A stretch of DNA of 63,909 nt, counting the filler, from an uncultured bacterium (GTDB lineage: Bacteria > B130-G9), in the NCBI GenBank assembly GCA_965372715.1. It is 3 parts of 3 records of this genome, joined end to end, with 100 filler letters (N's around TTAATTAATTAA, not from the genome) between each part and the next. Parts side by side here need not be neighbours in the genome. Positions count along the whole stretch, not along the records: positions 23,348 to 45,554 come from CBDVDH010000059.1; positions 45,655 to 63,909 come from CBDVDH010000065.1; 1 more part is not named here. One strand, 5' to 3'. Every line of letters starts with the position of its first letter. The stretch's first letter is position 1. The position numbers were made by a program, and so were the translations under genes. A model generated the notes under the pieces. That model was not told where the DNA came from, did no database searches, and saw only the letters and a program-made list of their open reading frames with translations. Of this stretch, positions 36,850 to 46,489 are shown piece by piece.

Positions 36850-38103
36850 ATGGAGTATAGGATAGGTTTGGCCGTAGATAACTTCAGAGGGCCAAGATTC
36901 TCAGGACGGTCTGCGGGTACGCTACGTGATTTGCAGCGAATACTGCGCGAAGAAGGACTTCTGGGTGGAGAGCCTTGCTATTTCGATGCTAGGTTTAGAG
37001 AGGCGACCTGCCACCCGAGGGTGAGAGAGATACTGGAGTTGGACCCGCCGGAAGTAACAGAGCTCTCGGGACTCCTCCAGCTGAACGATGCGGGGCGCGT
37101 TTGCGCCGTCAGAATGGACAGATATCCTGGCGTGGGGAATCTGAAGAAGCCAGTTGTCGCGGGATTACTGCTGAAGGGCGTACTGAAGGGCAAGATCCCC
37201 AAAAAGGGCATAGACACGCTGGCTGACGGTGGGAGCATGAATACCGCGTTAGCATTGAAGTATTATTGCGGGAAATATGGATTGCGCGGTTTATACGTCA
37301 TGTCCCGTTACTTCCCCCCGGATGTGGTTCAGCTGCTAAGCGACGATACTTTTGAGATCGTTCAGGCACCGGCTAGCGCGGAAAAGTATGTAGAAGAAGA
37401 GTTTTACAGTCATTTGTTCAGGCTAATGAAGCAACGTTCTTTCAGGAAGAACAAATACTGCCTTTGGCACGGAAAGTACGGTGGACGGGTTCTCGTGCCA
37501 CTTGCGAGTGAAACCGCAAGCGACATCAAGGACGCCCCAGATTATGTGGTGGTTAGTATCGGTGCTGGGGCTACTCTCGAGTTCTTCTGCGCAATCGTTG
37601 ACCGTTTTCTTTGCCAATCCGGTAGTCAACCCAGAATCGTTGTCCCCGAGCACATCGACTCACCCATATTCTCAAGATTCCGCCCCTCAGAGTCTCCTGC
37701 TGGTCTTCCAGCCGCCGTTGAAGACAGTGAGTTGATGGCCGATTTTGATTCGAGCGCGTTCAGGTTTCCGCCGTCCAATAGACTTCCGCATCCAGTAATA
37801 GGACCGCATTACGAAAGCGCTAATCCGCTTATGCGGCCTGATCTCATAGAAAGGATAGAATACGTCCAGCAGTATTCGAATGATGAGTGGATGCGGATGA
37901 GCCATTACCTTGAATGTGTTGGCCTGCCGGTAGGGAATTCGTCGGCCGCCAATATCAGTGTAGCGACAAATCTGGCCAACCAAGGATACGATGTTCTTAC
38001 AGTCATCTGCGAGCCTATGAGGTCTTTCTATAAGACAACTCGCTCGCGCGGCGAAAGTTCCGCAAAGCCCCGCGAGGATCGGATACCGGCATTAACCCGG
38101 TGA
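36850..38103 (+). CDS. Divergent PLP-dependent enzyme, cysteine synthase/cystathionine beta-synthase-like (fold type II)
   Basis: PGVGNLKKP (PLP lysine region), DGGSMNTALAL, VSIGAGAT, VGNSSAAN. Confidence 0.72.
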   Translation: MEYRIGLAVDNFRGPRFSGRSAGTLRDLQRILREEGLLGGEPCYFDARFREATCHPRVREILELDPPEVTELSGLLQLNDAGRVCAVRMDRYPGVGNLKKPVVAGLLLKGVLKGKIPKKGIDTLADGGSMNTALALKYYCGKYGLRGLYVMSRYFPPDVVQLLSDDTFEIVQAPASAEKYVEEEFYSHLFRLMKQRSFRKNKYCLWHGKYGGRVLVPLASETASDIKDAPDYVVVSIGAGATLEFFCAIVDRFLCQSGSQPRIVVPEHIDSPIFSRFRPSESPAGLPAAVEDSELMADFDSSAFRFPPSNRLPHPVIGPHYESANPLMRPDLIERIEYVQQYSNDEWMRMSHYLECVGLPVGNSSAANISVATNLANQGYDVLTVICEPMRSFYKTTRSRGESSAKPREDRIPALTR

Positions 38104-38203
38104 GCTGAGCTGCATTCATTCCTTTGAGGGGCGCTCAGGTCGTGTCGTGGGCCCCAATAGGGGAATCAAGATTTGGCGCTCATCCGAAAGCGCCGCCTCG
38201 GAC

Positions 38204-38232
38204 TTGACACTGGGCGCTGGCAGCCCTATATT
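38204..38232 (+). promoter_or_regulatory. Sigma70 promoter of the rplU-rpmA-obgE operon
   Basis: TTGACA-N17-TATATT. Confidence 0.7.
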
Positions 38233-38277
38233 GGTGTATGGAGTTGTGTGTTTTTGGGTCATGGAGGAGTATAAGTA

Positions 38278-38592
38278 TTGTATGCAGTGATTGAGACGGG
38301 TGGAAAACAATACATTGTTCGTGAGAACGATGTTGTGAATGTCGAGAAGCTCGGTGTGGAGCCTAGCGAAGAGGTTACGTTCGACGCTGTGCTGATGGTC
38401 AGCGACGAGAATGGCGAGGTCAAGGTCGGCACTCCCACGCTCGAAGGCGCCAAGGTCATGGCCGAGGCGCTCGTTGAGGAGAAAGGCAAGAAGGTCCTGA
38501 TCGGCAAAATCAAGAAGCGTAAAGGCTACCGCCGCAAGATCGGCCATCGTCAGATTCACACCAGCGTCAAGATAAAGTCGATTCAGGTTTAG
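38278..38592 (+). CDS. rplU: 50S ribosomal protein L21
   Basis: YAVIETGGKQY, GHRQ; GGAGG RBS with TTG start. Confidence 0.97.
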   Translation: MYAVIETGGKQYIVRENDVVNVEKLGVEPSEEVTFDAVLMVSDENGEVKVGTPTLEGAKVMAEALVEEKGKKVLIGKIKKRKGYRRKIGHRQIHTSVKIKSIQV

Positions 38593-38607
38593 TTTCGGAG
38601 ATTCTAG

Positions 38608-38865
38608 ATGGCACATAAGAAGGGCGTAGGCAGTTCACGAAATGGTCGGGATAGCAACTGCAAACGGCTTGGCGTGAAGAAGTTCGCCGGCCAGAGCGTT
38701 CGTAGCGGCAACATCATCGTCAGGCAGCGCGGGACGCACATCCTGCCCGGCAGGAACGTGAAGAGGGCTGGTGATGACTCCATTTTCGCGGTATCAGATG
38801 GCTTCGTGAAGTTTGAGACACGCAAGGGCAACCGCAAGGTCGTCTCTGTCGTGAGTGAGGTCTGA
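38608..38865 (+). CDS. rpmA: 50S ribosomal protein L27
   Basis: [23 protein letters not shown]. Confidence 0.98.
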   Translation: MAHKKGVGSSRNGRDSNCKRLGVKKFAGQSVRSGNIIVRQRGTHILPGRNVKRAGDDSIFAVSDGFVKFETRKGNRKVVSVVSEV

Positions 38866-38953
38866 AAACGAGCGATCCGAATCCTTTGGCCTCAGGCGCC
38901 CGCAATTCGGGCCGTATCCCTCCCCGTCCCACTATGAGTAGCTGAAGGGGTCT

Positions 38954-39970
38954 ATGTTTGTAGATTCCGCCACAATTCGGGTGAAGGCCGGCGACGGAGG
39001 CGCGGGGTGCGTTTCTTTTCGGCGCGAGAAGCACGTGCCGCGCGGGGGCCCAGACGGCGGCTACGGGGGCAAGGGCGGCGACGTAACCCTGGTCGCAAGG
39101 GAGGGCCTCAAGACGCTCTTCGACTGCCAAGAGCGGCACTACTACAAGGCAAAACGAGGCAGCCACGGCAGCGGCAACAACCGCCGCGGCAAGAGCGGCC
39201 CAGACCTCGTCGTGCCGGTGCCGCCGGGAACGATCGTATCCGACGCACAGACCGGCGAGCAACTTGCAGACTTGTCGGGCCCCGGCGCCGAGCTCATTGC
39301 CGCAAAGGGCGGAAGAGGCGGCAGGGGCAACACGGCTTTCAAATCATCGACCAACAAGGCGCCTCGTAAAGCGGAGCCGGGTGAGCCCGGGGAGTCAAGG
39401 ATGTTGAGGCTAACGCTCAAGATTCTGGCGGACGTGGCTCTCGTGGGCCTGCCGAACGCTGGCAAATCCAGCCTCATAGCCGCAATTTCGGCGGCGCGGC
39501 CGAAGATCGCGGACTACCCGTTTACGACGACGGAGCCGAATCTGGCCGCTATCAACACCGACAACATCTTCTCGTTCACGGTGGCAGATATCCCGGGGCT
39601 TGTTGAGGGCGCCCACTCTGGCCGCGGGCTGGGGATAAGGTTCCTCCAGCACATTCAGCGGGCGAAGGTCATCGTGCTCGTGCTGGACGCCTCCAAAAGC
39701 GCCCCAATCCGAGCTAGCGAGGCGAGCGAGATACTCATCGCCGAGATGACGCACTTCGATGCCTCGCTGCCAGGTAGGATTGCCTTCGCTGCGGCCAATA
39801 AGATCGATCTTGAGTGCTCAAAAGCCACGCTCAGCGAGTTGAGGAACTTCTGCCAGAGACGATGCATCAAGCTGTTTGAGGTCTCGGCCTTGACCGGCGA
39901 GGGCCTGGACCGCTTTGTCGATGCCCTTTCGTCCAGAGTGTCTTTGAGGGAAGCAGTTGTCGGGGTCTGA
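38954..39970 (+). CDS. obgE: GTPase ObgE/CgtA
   Basis: FVD...SFRREK.VPRGGPDGG, GLPNAGKSS, ADYPFTT, DIPG, NKID. Confidence 0.97.
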   Translation: MFVDSATIRVKAGDGGAGCVSFRREKHVPRGGPDGGYGGKGGDVTLVAREGLKTLFDCQERHYYKAKRGSHGSGNNRRGKSGPDLVVPVPPGTIVSDAQTGEQLADLSGPGAELIAAKGGRGGRGNTAFKSSTNKAPRKAEPGEPGESRMLRLTLKILADVALVGLPNAGKSSLIAAISAARPKIADYPFTTTEPNLAAINTDNIFSFTVADIPGLVEGAHSGRGLGIRFLQHIQRAKVIVLVLDASKSAPIRASEASEILIAEMTHFDASLPGRIAFAAANKIDLECSKATLSELRNFCQRRCIKLFEVSALTGEGLDRFVDALSSRVSLREAVVGV

Positions 39971-40661
39971 CCTTCACAAGTTGCGGAACGCAGGTATCCT
40001 GGGCGGCACATTCGACCCAGTGCATCACGGCCACCTGATAGCGGCGCAATGGGTGCGAGAGCGTCTTGCGCTGGACAAGGTTCTAATTGTTCCGTGTTCT
40101 TGCCCGCCTCATAAGCAGAATGGGACTATCGCATCACCTGAGGAGCGACTTGAGATGGTCAGGCTTGCGACGCGAGAGGACCCTGGACTTGAGGTCTGTG
40201 ACGTGGAGGTCTCGCGCGGTGGAACGTCTTACACAATCGACACGGTAAGGCATCTCAAGAGCCAATATCCAAGAACCGAGTTCGTTCTGATCGTGGGCAG
40301 CGACGCTTTCGCCGAGATAGTAACCTGGAGGGAGTATGAGCAGCTCCTGGACGAGGTGGCCATGGTGGTCATGGTTCGAGGAGGGGGCTTCAACCTCCAG
40401 AAGGCAATATCAAACCTGCCAGAGGGTCTGTCCCGCGAGCTCGCGAACGCCCCGCTGATTGACCAAGTTGACGCTACGTCAATGAGGCATGGCGGCGGCA
40501 AACGACAGGTGAGATTGACTGTCGCAAAAGTGCCTCAAATAGAGATATCTAGTTCGGAGGTCCGGAGAAAAGTGAATCAGCACAGGTCAATTCAATACTT
40601 GGTGCCGGAATCGGTGCTGCAATACGTTAAGGAAAGAGGTTTGTATGAGAGGTTTCCGTAA
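39957..40661 (+). CDS. nadD: Nicotinate-nucleotide adenylyltransferase
   Basis: GGTFDPVHHGH, PPHK, SYTIDT, IVGSD, ISSSEVR. Confidence 0.95.
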   Translation: MSGSDLHKLRNAGILGGTFDPVHHGHLIAAQWVRERLALDKVLIVPCSCPPHKQNGTIASPEERLEMVRLATREDPGLEVCDVEVSRGGTSYTIDTVRHLKSQYPRTEFVLIVGSDAFAEIVTWREYEQLLDEVAMVVMVRGGGFNLQKAISNLPEGLSRELANAPLIDQVDATSMRHGGGKRQVRLTVAKVPQIEISSSEVRRKVNQHRSIQYLVPESVLQYVKERGLYERFP

Positions 40662-40707
40662 AACGGAAACGGGAGAAAAGGAAAAAAGGGGAAAAGGCGA
40701 AAAGGAA

Positions 40708-41151
40708 GTGAAGAATGAGGAATTGCTAGGCTTGCCTGAGGAGGGAAACACTGGCGGCGATGCACAATCAAGTCGGGATTCAGTGAGCGAACCCGCGGAG
40801 GATGAGCAAACGCGAAGGCTGCTCGGGATAATCAGGGAGTGCATCGAGGAGCAGAAGGGGCGCGACATCGTTGTGCTGGACCTGACCGAGTTGACGCCGA
40901 TCACTGACTATTTCGTGATCTGTTCAGGCAGTTCGTCGATGCACGCTCGCGCGATCTCGGAGCACATCGAGATGTCCTGCAAGAAGGCTGGCTTCAGGCA
41001 TCTGGGCATTGAAGGCGAACAGAACGCCAAATGGATATTGATCGATTACTACGATATTGTGGTTCACATATTCATCGACGAGACCAGATGGTTCTATAAC
41101 CTCGAACGCTTGTGGGGCGACGCGAGGCGAGTTGACCAAGAGAGCGAGTAA
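40708..41151 (+). CDS. rsfS: Ribosome silencing factor (Iojap)
   Basis: DYFVICSGSS, WILIDYYDIVVHIF, RWFYNLERLW; start uncertain. Confidence 0.93.
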   Translation: MKNEELLGLPEEGNTGGDAQSSRDSVSEPAEDEQTRRLLGIIRECIEEQKGRDIVVLDLTELTPITDYFVICSGSSSMHARAISEHIEMSCKKAGFRHLGIEGEQNAKWILIDYYDIVVHIFIDETRWFYNLERLWGDARRVDQESE

Positions 41152-42324
41152 ATGAAAGGCGACATTCACACCCGGGGGTTGATGGTGTTGGTCGTCGCGT
41201 TCTGGTTAGCCTTTTCGCTGGGCTGCGGTTCGCAAGAGCATGATACATCGTCGAATTCGAATAGCTCTGAACAGCCTGCGACGAGGGCCCCGGTCAAAGT
41301 CGCGGTGGTCGGACGAGGCCCGGTTCAAAGTTGGATTTCTCTGACGGGGACGCTTCTTCCGATCCGCGAATCACGAGTTGGTGCGAAGGTCGCCGGCAGA
41401 GTGGCGGATATCTTCGTTGACGAGGGCGACCCGGTGAACCAGGGCGACGCTCTGTTCATACTCGAGCAGAGGGATTTCCTGCTAGCGAAAAACCAGGCCG
41501 AACACGGCCTCGACGCAGCAGCAGCGAATCTAGGCGCCGCCAAGATCAGTCTGGCGAACACGAGGCGGGAATTCAAGAGGCTGAAGAGCCTTCGCACAAG
41601 CAACGCCGTGTCCCAGCAAGAACTCGACGCCGCATTGGACGCGTACAAGTCGGCCGGGGCGTCGGTTAAGGTGGCCCAAGCTTCCGTTGAATTGGCCCGC
41701 GACGCCCTTGAAATGGCCGAATACAACCTCTCGGAGAGCACAGTGCGAAGCCCTATTTCCGGCCATATTGCGAGGCGGAACATCAATGTTGGCGAGGTCA
41801 TCTCCCTTGTCTCGCCGGCCCCGTGTTTCTATGTGGTTGACGATACGGTGTGTAAGGTCGAGGCGCACCTGCCGGACGTGAAGCAGTCGAGCGTGAGCAT
41901 GTCCCAGGAGGTTAAGATGACGGTTGACGGCGTGCCAAACAGGGCATTCTCGGGCGAGATAACCCACATCAGTGAGACGATCGATCCCTTGAGCCGCACG
42001 CTGACGATTCGTGCAAGGGCCGCGAATCCCGAAGGGGTCCTTAGGCCCGGGGCGCTGGCTCGGCTCAAGATCCTCTGCCAGGAGCGAAAGAAGGTTGTGA
42101 CAGCGCCGATTCGGTGTGTAGTGAAGCGAAATGGGGACCCGACGGTCTTCGTCGTTAGCTCAGGCCTCGCAGTTGCGCGGCAGGTCACACTTGGCCTGAG
42201 CGGGGATGAGGAAGTCGAGATAATCGACGGCTTGGTTCCTGGCGACCTCGTGGTCATCGACGGGACAGAGAGCCTCGAGGATGGGATGGCCGTCGAGGTC
42301 ATTAACCCGAACCAAATCAAATAG
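41152..42324 (+). CDS. RND efflux periplasmic adaptor (membrane fusion lipoprotein)
   Basis: Lipobox LGC, VAGRV..IFVDEGD.V, VRSPISG, LRPG, GL.PGD.VV. Confidence 0.93.
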   Translation: MKGDIHTRGLMVLVVAFWLAFSLGCGSQEHDTSSNSNSSEQPATRAPVKVAVVGRGPVQSWISLTGTLLPIRESRVGAKVAGRVADIFVDEGDPVNQGDALFILEQRDFLLAKNQAEHGLDAAAANLGAAKISLANTRREFKRLKSLRTSNAVSQQELDAALDAYKSAGASVKVAQASVELARDALEMAEYNLSESTVRSPISGHIARRNINVGEVISLVSPAPCFYVVDDTVCKVEAHLPDVKQSSVSMSQEVKMTVDGVPNRAFSGEITHISETIDPLSRTLTIRARAANPEGVLRPGALARLKILCQERKKVVTAPIRCVVKRNGDPTVFVVSSGLAVARQVTLGLSGDEEVEIIDGLVPGDLVVIDGTESLEDGMAVEVINPNQIK

Positions 42325-42328
42325 CGCG

Positions 42329-45300
42329 ATGAACCTGCCGGCGCTGTCTGTTAATCGCAAGATCGCTGTCTCGATGGTGATCTGCGTCATGCTCCTGTTC
42401 GGGACGATCTCGTTCTTTGAGCTCGGACTCGACCTGCTGCCTGAGCTCGAATACCCATTCATCTCGGTAATCACGACATACGAGGGTGTCGGCACGTCTG
42501 AGATGGAACTTCACATAACAAAGCCCGTCGAAGAGGCGGTCTCGATGGTCAAGAACGTGAAGACGGTCTATTCCATCTCACAAGAGGGCGCCTCCACGCT
42601 GATCATCAAGTTCGATTGGGGCACGGACCTGGGCGTCGCGGTTCAGGACATCCGCAACAAGCTCTCCTACCTTACGGATGTTCTGCCGCGGGATGCGGAC
42701 GATCCCAAGGTCTTGAAGTACAACACCGAGGACATGCCCGTCATCTTCTACGCGGTTACCGGCCTTGAGAACACCCGGGTCCTCAGAGATTACATCCGCG
42801 ACAATATCAAGACGCCTCTGAACCGGCTTGACGGGGTCGCGGCGGTTTATCCGATGGGTGGGCTAGAACGAGAGATAAACGTCTTCTTGGACCGCGATAA
42901 GCTTCATGGTTTGGGTCTCTCCTTCGAGCATATCAGGCGGGTCATCGCGTCTGAGAACCTGAACCTCTCCGGCGGTCACATCAAGGAGCACGGAGTCGAA
43001 TACATCGTCAGGACGCTTGGCGAGTTCGAGAGCGTTGAGGAAATCGGTCAGATCACGATCGCAGTTTTCAATGGCAAGCCCGTCTATTTGAGGGACGTTG
43101 CAACGGTCAGCGACACGTTCAAGGAAATCCGCTCGGTGTCCCGCGTCAACGGCAAGGACTGCGTCCTGCTTGGAATACTGAAGGAGGCGGGCGCAAACAC
43201 GGTATCTGTCGTCGATGACGTCAAATCGACCGTCGCTGATCTCACAAGCAAGGTTCCGCAAAGCATCTCATTTGAGCCGATGATGGACCAGGCCGAATTC
43301 ATCAAGTCCGCCATCGGCGCAACCGCGTTGAACGTCCTTGAGGGCGGCATTTTGGCTATCCTAATGCTGTTTGTGTTCCTGCGGTCGGTCAGACCGACGG
43401 TCATCATCAGCCTCGCCATCCCGCTCTCGATAATCGCGACGTTTATCGGCATGAACGCGGCGGATTACACGTTCAACATAATGACGCTCAGCGGACTGGC
43501 GCTCGGCATCGGGATGCTCGTTGACAACGCGATTGTCGTGATTGAGAACACATTCCGGCATCTTCAGGAAGGCAAAAGCCCGAAAGAAGCCGCCAGAATC
43601 GGCGCCTCAGAGGTAAGCAGCGCCATAACCGCATCGACCCTTACAACTATTGCTGTCTTTGTGCCGATTGCGCTGGCGAAGGGGATTGCGGGTAAGCTGG
43701 CAAAACCCCTGGGACTCACCGTCTGTATCGCGTTGCTCGCCTCGCTATTCGTCGCGCTTACGATCGTGCCCATGCTCTCCTCGCTGATCCTGAGCCGAAA
43801 GCACATCAAAGGGCAGGATCGCGATTCAGGACGTCTTTCATTTAAGCGCTTCGCGGACAAATACAAGACCGCGCTGGCCTGGGCACTCCGGCACAGAGCG
43901 CTGGTTCTCTTGTGCTCCGGGGCCGCGTTCGTGCTTTCAATCTTGGCCATCGGGCTTGTCGGCGCCGAGTTCATGCCCAAGCAGGACAACCCGATGGCCT
44001 TATTCCTCTTCAAGATGGCGCCCGGAACACCCCTCGAAAGGACCGATGCAGCGGTTAAGAAGATCGAGAACGTCATGCGGAAGCAGCCGGATGTTGTTAC
44101 GGTCGGGAGCTTTATAGGGCTCTCAGAATCGACGAAGTATGACGTTGCGGCCGGCTGGGGAGCAGCGGAGGTCAACGAGGCGGAGATCATGCTGACGCTT
44201 CTGCCCAAGGGCGAGCGAATGAGAATCGCGGATGAAATTGTGGAGGCGATCAGGGACGAGGCGCCAAAGATACCGGACGCGGATTTCGAATACATTGATA
44301 TGGCGGACCTTATGACTGGCTCACAGGGCGGCGAGAAGCCGATAGAGATTAAGGTCTTTGGCAAAGACATCGATCGGCTGAAGGAAATAGTTGCGTTCAT
44401 CGAGGCAGAATGCAGGCAGGTCGCGGGCCTGCGAGACCTCAAGAGCACTTTTATGGAGGGCAAGCCGGAGATCAGGCTCAAGATCGACAGACAGAAGGCG
44501 AGTCAGCTAGGTCTCTCGGTGTATCAAATAGCTCAGACCGTCAAGGACGCGATGCTCGGCACGGTTGCATCCAACTACAGGATTGGAGGGGACGAGTTCG
44601 ACATTAGACTGAGACTTAGGGCGCCCGATCGCGCCTCGGAGGAGGACGTTTTGCGCATTCCGCTCTCGTCGCCGCTTGGCTTCTCTGTGCCCTTGTATCA
44701 GATAGCGAAGATTGAGCGAGTAACGGGTCCGATCAAGATCGAGCGCGAGGACAAGGAGCGCAAGATCACACTTCAGGCTTCGACTTTCGGCCGGGACGTT
44801 GGCAGCATAGTCTCAGAGATCAAAGGCCGGCTGGAACGGCTTAGGCTGCCGAGCGGTTATTCGCTGGAGTTCGGAGGCGCGTATCAGGAGATGGTCGATT
44901 CGTTCAAGGTACTATTCGGAGCACTCATAATCGCGGTGTTGCTTGTCTTCATGGTGATGGCGGCGCAATTCGAGTCGCTGGTGCAGCCATTTATCGTGAT
45001 GTTTGCGATTCCGCTTGGGATAATCGGCGTGGTTGTCGGACTTCTTGTAACGAATACGACGCTCTCTGTTCCGACAATCATGGGGACGATCATTCTGCTC
45101 GGCATCGTTGTCAATGACGCTATTGTGATGATCGACTACATCAACCAGCTCAGACGAAAGGGGATCGCCGCCAGGGAAGCGGTGATCAACGGCGCTGCTG
45201 TGCGACTGCGGCCAATCCTGATAACCACGATGACGACGGTGCTCGGGATACTGCCTCTTTCCTTATCGACCACGGAGGGCGCAGAGCTTCGCGCACCGAT

Positions 45301-45430
45301 GGGCATCGCGATAGGCTTCGGCCTGACATTCGCCACGCTGCTTACGCTCTTCGTCATTCCAGTGATTTACAGCGTGATCGGCAGGGTCTCCTTCAAGCCG
45401 AAGCATCATTTAAGGGCAAATACGACCTGA
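42329..45430 (+). CDS. RND efflux permease (AcrB/AcrD/AcrF family)
   Basis: GMLVDNAIVVIEN, STLTT.AVF.P, GIVVND.I, RLRPIL.T. Confidence 0.95.
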   Translation: MNLPALSVNRKIAVSMVICVMLLFGTISFFELGLDLLPELEYPFISVITTYEGVGTSEMELHITKPVEEAVSMVKNVKTVYSISQEGASTLIIKFDWGTDLGVAVQDIRNKLSYLTDVLPRDADDPKVLKYNTEDMPVIFYAVTGLENTRVLRDYIRDNIKTPLNRLDGVAAVYPMGGLEREINVFLDRDKLHGLGLSFEHIRRVIASENLNLSGGHIKEHGVEYIVRTLGEFESVEEIGQITIAVFNGKPVYLRDVATVSDTFKEIRSVSRVNGKDCVLLGILKEAGANTVSVVDDVKSTVADLTSKVPQSISFEPMMDQAEFIKSAIGATALNVLEGGILAILMLFVFLRSVRPTVIISLAIPLSIIATFIGMNAADYTFNIMTLSGLALGIGMLVDNAIVVIENTFRHLQEGKSPKEAARIGASEVSSAITASTLTTIAVFVPIALAKGIAGKLAKPLGLTVCIALLASLFVALTIVPMLSSLILSRKHIKGQDRDSGRLSFKRFADKYKTALAWALRHRALVLLCSGAAFVLSILAIGLVGAEFMPKQDNPMALFLFKMAPGTPLERTDAAVKKIENVMRKQPDVVTVGSFIGLSESTKYDVAAGWGAAEVNEAEIMLTLLPKGERMRIADEIVEAIRDEAPKIPDADFEYIDMADLMTGSQGGEKPIEIKVFGKDIDRLKEIVAFIEAECRQVAGLRDLKSTFMEGKPEIRLKIDRQKASQLGLSVYQIAQTVKDAMLGTVASNYRIGGDEFDIRLRLRAPDRASEEDVLRIPLSSPLGFSVPLYQIAKIERVTGPIKIEREDKERKITLQASTFGRDVGSIVSEIKGRLERLRLPSGYSLEFGGAYQEMVDSFKVLFGALIIAVLLVFMVMAAQFESLVQPFIVMFAIPLGIIGVVVGLLVTNTTLSVPTIMGTIILLGIVVNDAIVMIDYINQLRRKGIAAREAVINGAAVRLRPILITTMTTVLGILPLSLSTTEGAELRAPMGIAIGFGLTFATLLTLFVIPVIYSVIGRVSFKPKHHLRANTT

Positions 45431-45456
45431 TGGCTGCAGTGTGCAAGATGCGTCTT

Positions 45457-45501
45457 GTAGGGGCGGTGCTTGCCTACAAGGTTACGGGCGGGTCTGAGAC
45501 C
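45457..45501. repeat. Degenerate GTAG REP fragments
   Basis: GTAGGGGCGGTGCTTGCCTAC and GGGCGGGTCTGAGACC. Confidence 0.6.
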
Positions 45502-45554
45502 TGACAATTATACGCATATTCGAAGTTGATGGGGCAGTTTGCTGGGCTCTATGT

Positions 45555-45654
45555 NNNNNNNNNNNNNNNNNNNNNNNNNNNNNNNNNNNNNNNNNNNNTT
45601 AATTAATTAANNNNNNNNNNNNNNNNNNNNNNNNNNNNNNNNNNNNNNNNNNNN
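45555..45654. other. Assembly gap / artificial contig linker
   Basis: 100 positions of N with central TTAATTAATTAA. Confidence 0.98.
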
Positions 45655-45763
45655 CTACGGTTCGCCGCGCGGCGAATGGTCCCCCTTCGGGGAACCGAAA
45701 CGCAGCATCACGTCAACCCTAATTCCACTTTTTTCTTGACCAAAACCAAACCCCGGAGCCAAC
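45655..45763. mobile_element. End of a non-autonomous element (shared with 52493-52574)
   Basis: CCCCCTTCGGGGA...ACGTCAA...AATTCCACTTTT...AAAACCAA.CCCCGGAGCCAAC at both sites. Confidence 0.6.
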
Positions 45764-45994
45764 CCGGTCCGCGCCATAAGGTGGATTCACATAAATCGTC
45801 CTGAAGTCCCATTTCTCCCTAAGTCCGTCCCTCTCTGGAAGATGGAATTCCGTATCTGCGTTGACAATCGACCATTCGTTAGAGCATGGGTCTAGCGCTA
45901 TGCGCCCTCCCCAAAGCCTCTTCACAGCTTCAACGTACTTCGGTGGCGTGCACCAGTTGTTGCTCAAGGAGTTGACAGTTCTTCCTGCTGTCAC
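45719..45994 (-). pseudogene. Truncated N6-adenine DNA methyltransferase (phage-Dam-like)
   Basis: W.TP, LDPCS, DGL..W, YVNPPYG; reads into the element end just after NPPYGADR. Confidence 0.8.
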
Positions 45995-46064
45995 CCCAAT
46001 ATCTCCTTCCAGTTCTTAGAGGCCAGCAACGAGAGATCACCTCTCAGTTGGGCAATGCTATGCC

Positions 46065-46346
46065 CTACAGGCGAGATAACGTTGAACCACTGCTCAACAT
46101 TCGGCGCAAGGATGCCGGGGTCTTAAGTCGGCCCGATTGACGACGCCAAGCCCCATCATGGATCGCTATCCGCCGCACCGGTTGTGGTGTGCCCTGCCAG
46201 CGAAGAGACCTCCGCCAGTTCTGCCCGAAGTGAGGGACGATCTGGGGCCAGTTCGACCGCCTTATAACACCCTCTAAACCAAGGATGAAAAACACTCCAA
46301 CGAAAACAGCCAAGAGGTTCAACCACAATCGTCGTTTGACGCCCAT
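46065..46346 (-). pseudogene. Gene remnant: N-terminal TM segment and an out-of-frame TPR-like fragment
   Basis: LLAVFVGVFFILGLEGVIR, then AVELAPDRPSLRAELAEV in another frame. Confidence 0.35.
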
Positions 46347-46489
46347 CTACAATACCCCCAAACTCGAGCAAATCAGCTCGACGGGTCAGACAGAAGTGAC
46401 CCAGCAATTCCTCAAAATATCAACATACTGCAGACCATTATGAGAGTAGTGTCGCGGTTGGCCTCCCCCTCCCTGGCCGACTAGCACGA

